Notes: generated from the letters alone by a model not told the origin. A DNA stretch of 64,000 nt from Bacteriovoracaceae bacterium (GCA_018649885.1 JABIHA010000020.1:1-64000), one strand, 5' to 3'; shown: positions 9,357 to 19,873, numbered from the stretch's first letter. Program-made: numbers and translations.

Positions 9357-10130
9357 TCAGGAAAGCTTACTTTGTTTAATAATTGATATGCCTGAATCCA
9401 CAAAAATATTTTGCCCAGTAACTGAGCGAGAGTGCTCTGAGCACAAGTACAACGCCGCCGAGGCAACATCGTCTTGATCAATATTTCTTCTCAGTGGAGA
9501 ATAGTCTTCCACTTGTTGTAAAAAATCAGAAAAACTGGGAATACCAAAGGCGGCAAGAGTTTTTACAGGCCCTGCCGATATTGTGTTAACTCTAATACCC
9601 TCTTGCCCCAAATCATCGGCCAAATAGCGGGCTGAAGCCTGCAAAGCTGCTTTGGCAACTCCCATGACCCCATAGCCTTGTAGAACTTTATCGGCTCCCA
9701 TATAAGTCATCCCAATGATTGAACCATCACGATTTATCATAGACCTTAATTTTTGTGACAAAGCAATGAGGCTATAGCTTGAAATATCTAAGCACTTTCT
9801 AAACCCCTCTCGAGAGGTTTGATGAAAGCGACAGGTAAGCTCACGGGCATCTGCAAAGGCAATAGAATGAACAAGAAAATCAAATGTACCAAACTCATCT
9901 TTCACAGTTTGTGACAACTGATCCAATTCACTATCTGAGGTGATATCCGTTTTAACTACAAACTTAGCTTCCATTTCTTTAGCAAGAGGAACTACCCTTT
10001 TTGTATTAGAGTCATGAAAGTAGCTGATTCCTACACTCGCCCCATTTTTGGTAAGAGATTGTGCAATCGCCGTGGCGATTGAGTTTTTATTGGCAAGCCC
10101 TGTAATTAACGCCTTCTTCCCTCTAAGCAT
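9357..10130 (-). CDS. fabI: enoyl-ACP reductase FabI
   Basis: ITGLANKNSIA, LVHSIAFA, ISSYSL, YGVMGVAKAAL (YxxMxxxK), RVNTISAGPVKTLAA. Start set at the ATG of MLRGKK. Confidence 0.9.
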   Translation of the reverse strand: MLRGKKALITGLANKNSIATAIAQSLTKNGASVGISYFHDSNTKRVVPLAKEMEAKFVVKTDITSDSELDQLSQTVKDEFGTFDFLVHSIAFADARELTCRFHQTSREGFRKCLDISSYSLIALSQKLRSMINRDGSIIGMTYMGADKVLQGYGVMGVAKAALQASARYLADDLGQEGIRVNTISAGPVKTLAAFGIPSFSDFLQQVEDYSPLRRNIDQDDVASAALYLCSEHSRSVTGQNIFVDSGISIIKQSKLS

Positions 10131-10839
10131 TTTGAACACTGCCTCTTTGAATATACTCATCACTTAGACGACCAAATTCAAAACCGCGTTCTTTCATGTG
10201 CACAATGAATTTTTCAAGCTCCCCTACGAAATGCTCAGCTCCCCTATGTGAATCGTGCATTAAGATAATGTCACCTGAGCGAATATTTTCAATTTTCTTT
10301 AAACTCCGTTTAAAATCAAAGGCCAGGAGTGTATCGTAAAAACGAATATTCCAGCCAATAAGAGGCACCTTCAATTTTCTTAGAGCAATTTTCAACTCAG
10401 GAGTACGAATTCCTACTGGTGGTCTAAAGCCGATGGGTCCCACATTTAGGTGCTTTCGAATGACCTGCTCTCCGCCACTGATCCATCTCTTTATGGCACC
10501 GACACCTTTAAAATAGTTCAATGTATGATGGTCATAGGAATGGTTTCCTATACCGTGACCATCACCAATCATTTTGGTCGCCACATCTTTTGTGGATTCA
10601 ATATTTTTTCCTACCAAAAAAAATGTGGAGCAAACCTGGTGCTTTTTCAATAATTCTAATACAAGTGGGGTGCAAAACTCATTAGGCCCATCATCAAAAG
10701 TCAAAAAGATCTTATTTTTTGAATTGGGGATTGTTTTGATACAAGGAGCAAAGAAAGTCTCTTTGAATTCATGAAAAAAACTTTTGAGTCTCTTAAAAAT
10801 AGATTCTAGAATAGCACCTTCCTTCGATTTCTCTTTCAT
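10123..10839 (-). CDS. polysaccharide deacetylase (CE4/NodB)
   Basis: LTFDDGP, GNHSYDH, FRPPVG, IILMHD. Confidence 0.9.
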   Translation of the reverse strand: MKEKSKEGAILESIFKRLKSFFHEFKETFFAPCIKTIPNSKNKIFLTFDDGPNEFCTPLVLELLKKHQVCSTFFLVGKNIESTKDVATKMIGDGHGIGNHSYDHHTLNYFKGVGAIKRWISGGEQVIRKHLNVGPIGFRPPVGIRTPELKIALRKLKVPLIGWNIRFYDTLLAFDFKRSLKKIENIRSGDIILMHDSHRGAEHFVGELEKFIVHMKERGFEFGRLSDEYIQRGSVQNA

Positions 10840-11527
10840 AGGGAAATGAATTTCCACTATCAACTGTTTTTATAAAATCTAAAAGTGCAGAGCTATCGAT
10901 TCTTGTAGTCATAGAAATCTTATTTTCCTCATTGTATTCAACAGAAAAAACTCCCATCTTTTGTACCTCTAGTCCATTTTGGGTAGCAAACTCTGGAAGA
11001 GCAAAAATGGCCAGACTAACAGTGGGCCTTGAGGGATCACTACCACTAAAATTTGAAAAGCAGCTCTCAAGCTCACGAGGGATACAATCAAAACATATGG
11101 CCATGACGATATTACATCTTCCGGCCGCAATTAAATCAGCTGACGCCTCAAGACACTTCTCTCCACTTAAAATTCCATGGCTAATGGTCATGCCAATGCC
11201 CCCCAGATTAAACTCTGTGGATACAAGACCTAAAACAGAGTTGTGGAGACTATTTTGAAAAATAGTAGGGCTATAAATTCCCTTTTCTTTAAATTTTTTA
11301 AAAAATGAAAGGGTTTGAGACAACTCTCCATGAGTTGTTCCTGCCACTACAGCTAACTCGTCTTCAATATGGTCAATTTTATCTTTTAAGGAGTTGATCG
11401 CACTCGAAACAATAGTTTTTGCTGCCACCATTAAAGGAGTCGCGCGCCTATTTTCGCGGGAATTTAAAATATGTTGATCAATACTTTCAACTTCAATACT
11501 AGCAGTGTGAACCAAGGATAAATTCAT
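10793..11527 (-). CDS. beta-ketoacyl synthase chain-length-factor-like protein
   Basis: RRATP...GTTHGE...SPTIFQNSLHN. Truncated KS fold without the catalytic Cys. Coupled to the upstream KS. Confidence 0.8.
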   Translation of the reverse strand: MNLSLVHTASIEVESIDQHILNSRENRRATPLMVAAKTIVSSAINSLKDKIDHIEDELAVVAGTTHGELSQTLSFFKKFKEKGIYSPTIFQNSLHNSVLGLVSTEFNLGGIGMTISHGILSGEKCLEASADLIAAGRCNIVMAICFDCIPRELESCFSNFSGSDPSRPTVSLAIFALPEFATQNGLEVQKMGVFSVEYNEENKISMTTRIDSSALLDFIKTVDSGNSFPYEREIEGRCYSRIYF

Positions 11528-12696
11528 ACTCTCACCCTTCCCAGAAGTACTGAGGAATTCATTCCTCCAAAACCCAGAGTTGACTTGAGAATATAATCAC
11601 CGTTCAAAGGCCTTGGATCATTTAAAACTACATTCTGAGTAATTTTACTATCCACCACCGAAGTGTTTGCTGACTGAGGAAAATGCCCATTAACAAAACA
11701 ATATGCTGCGAGAGAGGTTTCAAGTATCCCAGAAGCAGCAAGTGTGTGACCATGAATGGCCTTAGTAGATGATACGAATACCAAAGACTCTTCTCCAAAA
11801 ATGCTTTTTAGGGCATTTGATTCAGAAATATCATTGGCCGGAGATGCTGTCCCATGAAGATGAGCGTAGTGAACTTCACTTGCACTCACTTTAGAATATT
11901 TTAGATTTGCTCGTATTGATTTTTCTAGTCCCTCTCCATTTGGTTCAGGAGAAGTCATATGATACCCATCTAGGAAAAAATCAGCTGCCATAATTTGAGC
12001 TGTGGCCCCAACTTTATTTGAAGACAATAGCAGTGCTGCTGCCCCCTCTGCCAAATTTATTCCCGATCTGTTTTGATCAAAAGGTTTGCACAGATCCTCA
12101 GAAATTAACTTGAGTGATCTAAAGCCATTTAAAATTAATTGGCACAAAACCTCTGCTCCAACGACCAGGCAATTTTTAACCTTACCCGTGCGAATCCAGT
12201 CTCCGGCAATAGAAATCGCTTGCCCTCCAGCTGCACAAGCGCTTGTGACTAATAATGAAGGCCCAGTGTGTCCAAGAATTTCTCTGAGAGCAAAAAGATA
12301 CATACCAAGAGGTTCATCATCTAAATTCGCCTTCATACTTTGGTCAGCAATGCTGTTAATTAAGCTATCTTCCCAGTTTTCTATGAGCCCAGAGGTCGTG
12401 GCCACAATAAGACCATCGCACGCTGGATCGAATGAATCCATGCCAGCAGTTTCTAGGGCCTGCGATATGGCATTAAGAGACATTTTTAGGATTTTGGAGT
12501 TGGCGGAACTTCCGCTCTCTAATTTTTTCTGGAATCTATGTGTAAGATCTGCAAGATGATCACCATCAACAAAACCTACACCGGAGACAATACCACTTTT
12601 AGCTTTAAGGCAGTTTAAAAACAGCTCTTCTGTAGAAAAGCCGCTGGTGGAGATGACTCCAGAACCTTTGATAAAGATGCCATTAGGTTCACTCAT
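11524..12696 (-). CDS. beta-ketoacyl-ACP synthase (FabB/F type)
   Basis: Intact Cys-His-His triad: TSACAAG, HLHGTAS, TKAIHGHTL. Also CKPFD and STLGFGG. Confidence 0.92.
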   Translation of the reverse strand: MSEPNGIFIKGSGVISTSGFSTEELFLNCLKAKSGIVSGVGFVDGDHLADLTHRFQKKLESGSSANSKILKMSLNAISQALETAGMDSFDPACDGLIVATTSGLIENWEDSLINSIADQSMKANLDDEPLGMYLFALREILGHTGPSLLVTSACAAGGQAISIAGDWIRTGKVKNCLVVGAEVLCQLILNGFRSLKLISEDLCKPFDQNRSGINLAEGAAALLLSSNKVGATAQIMAADFFLDGYHMTSPEPNGEGLEKSIRANLKYSKVSASEVHYAHLHGTASPANDISESNALKSIFGEESLVFVSSTKAIHGHTLAASGILETSLAAYCFVNGHFPQSANTSVVDSKITQNVVLNDPRPLNGDYILKSTLGFGGMNSSVLLGRVRV

Positions 12697-12698
12697 GA

Positions 12699-12986
12699 TT
12701 AATTAGTTTTTTGGGAAATAAACTCGGAAATTGAATTAAGACTTCTAAAATACTTGGCGCCTTCTTCAGCGTCTTTAACTTTTACTCCGTATTTATCTTC
12801 TACGGCCGTAACGGCTTCCAAAATATCAATAGAATCTAAATGAAGTGGCGCCTCAGTAAGTGGATCATCTGCGCCAACACTTGCGGGATCAACTTCTACC
12901 AGGCCCACTGCCTCAATAATATGGGTCGCGAGTTCAAGGGTATCTATTTTGCTTGGCGCCTTTGTAGAATCACTGCTTTTTTCCAT
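12699..12986 (-). CDS. acyl carrier protein
   Basis: Acidic 95-aa protein with LDSIDILE phosphopantetheine motif. Confidence 0.9.
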   Translation of the reverse strand: MEKSSDSTKAPSKIDTLELATHIIEAVGLVEVDPASVGADDPLTEAPLHLDSIDILEAVTAVEDKYGVKVKDAEEGAKYFRSLNSISEFISQKTN

Positions 12987-13090
12987 AGCTCTCTCTTGGT
13001 CATGTAAGTATTAAGGTATATTTGACCTAATAAAAGTATCAGAAGCTAAATAAAAAAGATAAAATTTAATTTTTCAACACAAAGACCGCT

Positions 13091-13669
13091 ATGCGCCGAG
13101 TAATAATTATTCTCATAACAACACTGAGCTGTTTTCAGCTCTATGGAAAAGAGCTCTCTGAGCTCAATCATTTTCTCAAGCGCTACGGCAATTTTAAAAA
13201 ACTCAGTGCCAATTTTAAGGGTGAAAAATTTCTCAAAAGATTCGATGCTACCATCAAAAGTGAAGGAAAACTGATAGTTAACCGTCCGGACAGTTTGACA
13301 TGGAAGATTTTAAGGCCTGTTCCCACTACCTACGAGTTCACAAAAAATTCCCTCAAAATATTTGAAGATGGAAAACTTTCTCAAAATCTTGATATAGCGA
13401 AGCTTGGACCGGGGGCACATAAATCCATTGGTGGACTCATGGCATGGCTAAAGCTCGACTCAAAAACCATTGAAAAATACTATTTCGTATCGAGAAGTGG
13501 AAAAGATCAGTTTAGCTTTACCTACAAAGAAAGTGATCCTCCCTTTAAAAAGATTTTAGCGACACTGGCCCCAAAAGGGTATATCTCAAAAGTCGAAATT
13601 ACAGAGCTCTCAGGTGACGTGCTCACTCTGACTTTTGAAAGGCCTGAAATTATTCGTGAAAAGATTTAA
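13091..13669 (+). CDS. LolA-like periplasmic carrier protein
   Basis: Signal peptide, ANFKGEKFL...SEGKLIVNRPDSLTWKILRP, EITELSGD. Sits upstream of MMPL as in APE clusters. Confidence 0.75.
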   Translation: MRRVIIILITTLSCFQLYGKELSELNHFLKRYGNFKKLSANFKGEKFLKRFDATIKSEGKLIVNRPDSLTWKILRPVPTTYEFTKNSLKIFEDGKLSQNLDIAKLGPGAHKSIGGLMAWLKLDSKTIEKYYFVSRSGKDQFSFTYKESDPPFKKILATLAPKGYISKVEITELSGDVLTLTFERPEIIREKI

Positions 13670-15764
13670 TCTACTGCTCTCCCTTTTTTTACTTGTGGCC
13701 ACCATCAAACTGGGATTATTTAGTAGTATTAAATCTGATCAAAGTATATTCTTCCCCGCAAAAATTTTCCAAAAATTAACTGAGTTACAGAAATTTAAAT
13801 ATAATAGATGGAATTTACTTTTAATCCCCAGTACTACAAAAGTGAAATGCGGACGTCTCAAAAAAGAGTTTTCTGGGTTTATTGATTCCGTTTTTTGTCA
13901 TGGTGAGCTCAGCTCATTTGGAAATTATATAGGGGACTGGAGCCAGGATATAATCTACCGCCAACCTTTTTTGGGTAAGGCCGACTTACTCAATAGGCAA
14001 AATAGATCCCTTTCAAAGCTCTCTTTGCCTCTGGGGGCTGATTCTGAAGAAATCATTAATTTATATGCCAGTGATCCTCTTGAGGCCTATGTAGATTTAA
14101 TTGAAATCGTAAAAAAAGGAAACAAGGCCTTCGGTAGTGGATTTCAATCAGTTTCAGTAGAAGGCAACAAATTCAATATCTACCCCATCCTTCCCAACTT
14201 CCCTGTTAAAGATGAACTCAAATTAACGACTCTTATGAACACCATTAAAAGTAGCTTTCCAAAAGCTTTGGTCATTGGCCCCTTTGGTGCTAGCTTTCGA
14301 AATATGGTGCGAATTAAAAAAGATATCACCATGGTTTCGGTTGTCGGTGCCATCATTTTTTTCTTCTATTTTACCTTCAATTTTATCAAAGAAGGTACTC
14401 AGTTTTTTAGAGTACTACCTGTCCTGGTAAATTCATTACTGCTTGCCATCATTTTTAATTACCTGATTTTTGGCCAGATCCACGGAGTGGTTTTGGCCTT
14501 CTCGCCTACCCTTATTGGACTGGGACTAGATTATGCTTTTCACAGACTTTATGGCCATGAAAAGCGCGCTAGCTGGCGTGCCAACTTCTCGGGCTGGGTC
14601 ACAAGCCTTATTGTACTACTTTGTTTATCCTTTAGTGATGTTCCATTTATAAAACAGTTTTCCATGCTACTGGCCACAGGTTTAACATTTTCATTGGTGC
14701 TCTTTTACTTAGAGCTTGAGGTCTTTTCATCATTTACTCCACTTATGGGAGCTGTGAAAATCCCAAAAAACAACTTCTTTTTTAAAGCTTCCATACCCAT
14801 TTTAATTCTATGCTCTACACTCTTTTTCTTTAAGACCAACTTCTCCTTGAGCTTAAACGGACTTGAGTATGTCACCAGTGAGATTCAAAATACCAGAAGG
14901 TCTATTTTTGGTCAGAAAAATTTTCCCAAGCCCACCTTCTTAATTGATAGCAAAAAAGATATGGCCAGGGTTTTATCGAGAAAAACTCCTCACCCAAGTA
15001 TTAGCGTCGCCAATTTCTTCCCAACACAGGCCGTGGCAAAGGTGAATTTAAATTCTTGGGCCCAGGAGTTTAATACTGAGGGTATTATTCAATCAAAAAT
15101 CTTTAATCCCTATTTTGAGAATTTTTCTACTCATTTAAAACAGGCCCCCAGCATCGAGCTCGCCATATCCCAAGGAAGGTCATACTTTAGTGATCTGCTT
15201 TCTAAAGATTCAATCTTAAGTGTCTTTTTCATTGAAAATGATAGTCTTGCTAGCTTTAAAGAAATATTTCCCCAATCATTTTCACTGGGGGAGATTGCCG
15301 ATTCATTCCCTCGTCTTCTAAAAAATGAGTTAAAACTAGTTTTTCCTATTTCCCTAATATTAATCCTACTCTATCTCTTTGTGTATTTTCATTTTTCTAT
15401 TAAAAAAACGATTTTCTCAATTCTCCCCTTTTTAACGGGTCTAGGACTTCAGGCAATAGGAGTCTTATTTCTAAAAGAAGGGGCGAGCTTTGTTTTCCTC
15501 GTGGGCACTCTGATCGTTTACGGTCTAAGTGTAGATTATGGAATTTTTGCTGTGAGCTCACTTGAGTCAACGAAGGAAGACCATCGATACGCAGAGCTTG
15601 GAATTTGGCATGCAGGAATTTCAACACTACTTGGCATGATTCCACTTCTATTGGCATCTCATCCAGTTCTTTTTCAGTTAGGACTTTCTTGCAGCTTAGG
15701 AATTATAGGGCCACTCATATGCGCGGTCTATGGAATCCCTCTTCTTAAAAGGTACGCCGTATGA
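13635..15764 (+). CDS. MMPL/RND-family exporter
   Basis: Two blocks of TM helices with GLGLDYAFH and GLSVDYGIF motifs, separated by soluble loops. Confidence 0.85.
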   Translation: MKGLKLFVKRFNLLLSLFLLVATIKLGLFSSIKSDQSIFFPAKIFQKLTELQKFKYNRWNLLLIPSTTKVKCGRLKKEFSGFIDSVFCHGELSSFGNYIGDWSQDIIYRQPFLGKADLLNRQNRSLSKLSLPLGADSEEIINLYASDPLEAYVDLIEIVKKGNKAFGSGFQSVSVEGNKFNIYPILPNFPVKDELKLTTLMNTIKSSFPKALVIGPFGASFRNMVRIKKDITMVSVVGAIIFFFYFTFNFIKEGTQFFRVLPVLVNSLLLAIIFNYLIFGQIHGVVLAFSPTLIGLGLDYAFHRLYGHEKRASWRANFSGWVTSLIVLLCLSFSDVPFIKQFSMLLATGLTFSLVLFYLELEVFSSFTPLMGAVKIPKNNFFFKASIPILILCSTLFFFKTNFSLSLNGLEYVTSEIQNTRRSIFGQKNFPKPTFLIDSKKDMARVLSRKTPHPSISVANFFPTQAVAKVNLNSWAQEFNTEGIIQSKIFNPYFENFSTHLKQAPSIELAISQGRSYFSDLLSKDSILSVFFIENDSLASFKEIFPQSFSLGEIADSFPRLLKNELKLVFPISLILILLYLFVYFHFSIKKTIFSILPFLTGLGLQAIGVLFLKEGASFVFLVGTLIVYGLSVDYGIFAVSSLESTKEDHRYAELGIWHAGISTLLGMIPLLLASHPVLFQLGLSCSLGIIGPLICAVYGIPLLKRYAV

Positions 15765-17344
15765 AAAAAGCACTGATTGTCTTTTTCTCTACCGCTATCA
15801 TCTTTGTGGGACTTACCACTTGGTATTACCAAACTCACAACTACTTCCCCGCTCCAAAGATTGCTGATTTTGAGGAAAAAGTATTGGGCAAAAGCTACAA
15901 CCGAGCAAGTAACGGCCTTCGCCATATCACTTTATTTGGTGGTCCCTTTAAGCGAGGTTTTGATTTCGGTCAACTCACCAAGGAGTCACTCAAAAAACAA
16001 GAGCTGGTTATGGAAGAGCTGCTTCACCAGTTCTTCCCCAACAGCATTGCTCTGAGCGCTTTCAAAGTGGTGGCCTCAATTTGGCTCTACGGCATTGATG
16101 AGCTTATTGATGATGAATTTGTCAGGGAAATGTATGGAGTCTCAAAATGGGGATATCATAAGCTAGATTATCTGAGTGACTCACTCACCAGGCAAGTCTC
16201 CTATCACCTGCTTCACGAAATAGGACAAATGTTTGTAGATTACAACAAGCAAGATATGGGCTGTAGTGTGTTCTCAATTAAAAACGGTAGTCAGTTTATC
16301 ATAGGAAGAAATTTTGACTTTGATGCCCATGAGATTTTTGAGAAAGAAAAATTACTCAAATGGGTTTTTCCAGATCAGGGCATTCCCTTTGTCAGTGTCA
16401 GCTGGCCTGGAATGGTGGGCTCTGTTACAGGTGTCAACAAAGCTGGCATTTACGCCTCTATCAATGCAGCGGGAAGCTCAGACTTTGGCCGCATCGGCAC
16501 CCCTACAACTCTTCTTCTCACTAAAGTATTACAAAGAGCGCCAAGTATTGAGGCGGCGATTAAAACCATTGAAGCCGCTCAAACCTTTATTACTGATATC
16601 TTTGTCATTGCCGATAGAAAAAATGGACGAGTAGTGGCAATAGAAAAATCTCCCAGTCGTTTTTCTGTACGTGAGCTTGGTAGTGACCAAGTTGTCACCA
16701 ATCACCTTCTCACAAGTATATTTCAAGACGACCAAACGAACTCAGACAGACAGACAAATCTCACCACCCTGAAAAGATACAATAGAGGCCTAGAACTACT
16801 TGGCCTGGGTAAACCATTCCACATAAAAACTATTGCCTCTTTTTTGAGAGACAAAAAGCTTGTGGGGAATAGGCAAACCTACCTAGGTCATAAGGCCTCA
16901 ATCAATCCGCTGATCGCCTCTCACTCTGTAATCTACCAAAGTGCAAGTGACACTCTCTTTGTAAACGAAGGTCCCAATACAGCGGGGAAATACTTTGGGT
17001 ACAATTTAAAGGCCAGCTTTGAAAATAAAAGACCTATTTTGACCAGCTTTATTGAAAAAGACATGGAGCTATCTGCCCAAAAAATAGAAAATGTTAAGCG
17101 TGCAGTGGTTTTGGCAGACGAAGGAATCTCACTAGTTAAAACCGATTGTCCTATGGCAGGAGAACGCCTGAAGCTTTCAAAACAAAAATACCCTGAGCAT
17201 GAAAATGTAAAACTATTAGAGGCCCTGGTAGAAAAGTACTGCAAAAAAAACCTGCAAAAGAGCTCCCAGTTATTTAAAGAGCTGATTCGATCAAACCCTG
17301 CCTACCATAATCAGAGCAAAAGATATCAAAATGAAATTAATTAA
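15761..17344 (+). CDS. C45-family Ntn hydrolase / acyltransferase
   Basis: G|CSVF autoprocessing nucleophile, GRNFDF, WPGMVGSVTGVN, VTNH. N-terminal anchor and TPR-like tail. Confidence 0.85.
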   Translation: MKKALIVFFSTAIIFVGLTTWYYQTHNYFPAPKIADFEEKVLGKSYNRASNGLRHITLFGGPFKRGFDFGQLTKESLKKQELVMEELLHQFFPNSIALSAFKVVASIWLYGIDELIDDEFVREMYGVSKWGYHKLDYLSDSLTRQVSYHLLHEIGQMFVDYNKQDMGCSVFSIKNGSQFIIGRNFDFDAHEIFEKEKLLKWVFPDQGIPFVSVSWPGMVGSVTGVNKAGIYASINAAGSSDFGRIGTPTTLLLTKVLQRAPSIEAAIKTIEAAQTFITDIFVIADRKNGRVVAIEKSPSRFSVRELGSDQVVTNHLLTSIFQDDQTNSDRQTNLTTLKRYNRGLELLGLGKPFHIKTIASFLRDKKLVGNRQTYLGHKASINPLIASHSVIYQSASDTLFVNEGPNTAGKYFGYNLKASFENKRPILTSFIEKDMELSAQKIENVKRAVVLADEGISLVKTDCPMAGERLKLSKQKYPEHENVKLLEALVEKYCKKNLQKSSQLFKELIRSNPAYHNQSKRYQNEIN

Positions 17345-17819
17345 TTGTGCTATTTTTTTTCTACTGGTAAATACCTCATGCTCGACTACTCAAAATACCG
17401 AGAAGAAAGCATTTGAATATGGATCATACAAGCACAATGTAAGTGTAACTCTCCCAGATGGAAAAACTCACCGTACAAATGGTATTTTTCGTTACTCGGA
17501 TGGTGATAGTGCTCTAGTTGCTCTATCCCCCGTAGGAACGACTCTATTTGAGGTAAGCCAGCATGGTGAGAGTATAGAAGCAGCCCTTTACTTTAAATTT
17601 TTTGGTTTTAATCAAAATAAATTAGAAAAGCTATTTAAACTTCTCCTTAAAATTCACTCTTTGCCTTACAGAGAAAGGAGCCAGCTATCAGTTGCTGAGT
17701 TAGGACAGCTAACGATTGCGTTTTCAAAACAAAGAATCATCAAAAATATACCAAGATTTTTTACTATAAAAGTCAAAAATACCGTGATCAAAGTGGATAT
17801 CACTCACTTCAGGCCATAA
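17331..17819 (+). CDS. lipoprotein, DUF3261/LolB-like
   Basis: Lipobox-like NTSC. LVALSPVGTTLF motif, typical of APE-cluster lipoproteins. Confidence 0.6.
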   Translation: MKLINCAIFFLLVNTSCSTTQNTEKKAFEYGSYKHNVSVTLPDGKTHRTNGIFRYSDGDSALVALSPVGTTLFEVSQHGESIEAALYFKFFGFNQNKLEKLFKLLLKIHSLPYRERSQLSVAELGQLTIAFSKQRIIKNIPRFFTIKVKNTVIKVDITHFRP

Positions 17820-19870
17820 CTAGTGACGAGTTTTGCTGGTTTTGTGGTGGAGACACTATTTCTCTTTTGTTTTACTTCGGACGTAAAAGTATGAGGTCTT
17901 TTGGAAAAAGATTGGTAGAAATTAAACCACTGAAAGGGATATTTCGTTACTAATTCTTCCATTTTCAGTGCATAGGCTTCCATTGCTTTTAAGATAAGTT
18001 CTTCTTTTTTCCCCATCTCTTTTTTGAGTTCCATTGGTTTTTCACAGTAAAAATCATATTTCGAGTTTCCACTTTTAAAGCCAAAAGAAAATGTTATGGG
18101 AACTTTTTCGGCCATAGAAACCCGGAAGGGAGTGCTATCCATGGGAAATAGCTTTCCTAGGAAGGGAACTAGTTCCACCTTGTGTAAATCGGGACGATCT
18201 CCCATCATAATGACTGAGTGGCCATCTTTTATTTTGGAATGAAGTTGAAATAGTGGTGAGCTACCTGGCTCAACAAGAATATAGTTTAGCTTGCTGCCAG
18301 CGCTCTCATTCGCCTGCTGTTCATCCTCTCTTTCTTTAAATTTTAGAATATAAAAGCCGGGAATACTTTGATCTTCATGCATAAAATAGGTGGCAAGATG
18401 CCAACAGCCAATGTGAGAGCCTACAATAATAGATCCTCTTCCATTTTTGCCGAGCTCCACCATATTTTCATAACCATTTTTACTAATTTTCACGTCTTCT
18501 ACATTTCCAAAATTTCCAGTAGTGATACTCATCTTATCCACTAAAACTTTAGAAAAACTATAGTAGTGTTTTAAAATTTCAAATTGTCTTTTCCACCATG
18601 TTGAGTTGGGGAAAACAGTTTGTAGATACTCTTTTGAGGCCCTCTTTGATTTCCATGAAAAAAAGTAGAAGTAGGGAACAATGAATAGGCAAAGCTTGTA
18701 AACAAATCCCCTGCCAATATATTTCAAGAAGTAAAAGATGATGCCATTACCAAGGGCTCCTCCTCTACTTTTAGCATTCCAATTTACTTTTGATTTTGTG
18801 GTGAACTTTTTTCCAACAAGGTAGCTTACTAGAAAGACACTAAGACCGAGTACAGCTCCGAGACAAAGCGAGCCAAGTAGCCAAGTGGAGAAGTGATTTT
18901 TAGCATCAAAAATTAAATCTCCTGTAAAGGCCAGCGAGGTTCCTAGGATTGTGGAACCTATTTTTAAAGAACTCATGATCCAAATCGGGATCAGTGGCGG
19001 AATGGAGACTTGAGTGGCAAACCACATGGCCCCAGCATTGAGCCTAAGTGCAAAGGCCACTGCAATGACTATAAAAGTATGAAATCCTAAAAAGGGAGTT
19101 AACCCAATAAAAACTCCAAGACCTAGGGAGAGAGAGATTTCAAATATCGAGCCATGACCTTTAACCATGGAAATCGCTACAAGTACTGTATTGAGTAGAG
19201 AGATTTTTACGTTGTCCCAGAGCTTATTAAAATGAGAGATTCTCTCACTAGGCGGAGGGTAATAGACATCAACAGAAACCTCATCAATTTCCACATCCAT
19301 CCATAGAAGCCGAATCAGAACTTCAATTTCAAAATCATATCTTTTGCAAAAAAACTTAAGGTTTTGAACAAAAAATAATGGGTATAGCCGAAGTCCGCTT
19401 TGTGAATCCTCAATATGTTTTCCAGTTTGGTACTCTACCCACCAGTTAGAAAACTTTCTTCCAAACTTTGAGGAGCCGGGAACATTGGCGTCACCCTCCC
19501 ACTTTCTTTTTCCAATAATAAGTGACCAAGGACGTGCCAAAGCCTGTTCAATGAGACCCGCTATGTCACGGGCCAGGTGTTGGCCATCTCCATCGATACT
19601 CACCATGTGAGTAAAACCTTTAGAAATGGCGAGTTTAAAGGCCATTTGAATGGCACAACCCTTACCTTTATTAGTTTCAAAACGATGGATGGAAATATTT
19701 TCGAGGGAAAGCTTCCCGCATTCCAAAATATCTGTGATAGGCCGGTCTGATCCATCATCAATAATTAAAATAGGAAGCTCAGGGAAACTGCTCCCTACAT
19801 CTTTTACAACCTCTAATATTGTGCTGGGATTGTTGTAAGTGGGAATGGCAATAATTGGGCGCAATTGCAT
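17804..19870 (-). CDS. glycosyltransferase family 2 - DUF2062 - LpxL-like acyltransferase fusion
   Basis: GT2 motifs (IPTYNN, DDGSD, NKGKG, DGDGQH, DSQSGLRLYP). Central TM block (GVFIGLTPFLGFHT). C-terminal SHIGCW, MGDR and YPFQWFNFY motifs. Confidence 0.88.
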   Translation of the reverse strand: MQLRPIIAIPTYNNPSTILEVVKDVGSSFPELPILIIDDGSDRPITDILECGKLSLENISIHRFETNKGKGCAIQMAFKLAISKGFTHMVSIDGDGQHLARDIAGLIEQALARPWSLIIGKRKWEGDANVPGSSKFGRKFSNWWVEYQTGKHIEDSQSGLRLYPLFFVQNLKFFCKRYDFEIEVLIRLLWMDVEIDEVSVDVYYPPPSERISHFNKLWDNVKISLLNTVLVAISMVKGHGSIFEISLSLGLGVFIGLTPFLGFHTFIVIAVAFALRLNAGAMWFATQVSIPPLIPIWIMSSLKIGSTILGTSLAFTGDLIFDAKNHFSTWLLGSLCLGAVLGLSVFLVSYLVGKKFTTKSKVNWNAKSRGGALGNGIIFYFLKYIGRGFVYKLCLFIVPYFYFFSWKSKRASKEYLQTVFPNSTWWKRQFEILKHYYSFSKVLVDKMSITTGNFGNVEDVKISKNGYENMVELGKNGRGSIIVGSHIGCWHLATYFMHEDQSIPGFYILKFKEREDEQQANESAGSKLNYILVEPGSSPLFQLHSKIKDGHSVIMMGDRPDLHKVELVPFLGKLFPMDSTPFRVSMAEKVPITFSFGFKSGNSKYDFYCEKPMELKKEMGKKEELILKAMEAYALKMEELVTKYPFQWFNFYQSFSKRPHTFTSEVKQKRNSVSTTKPAKLVTSYGLK

Positions 19871-19873
19871 CTA

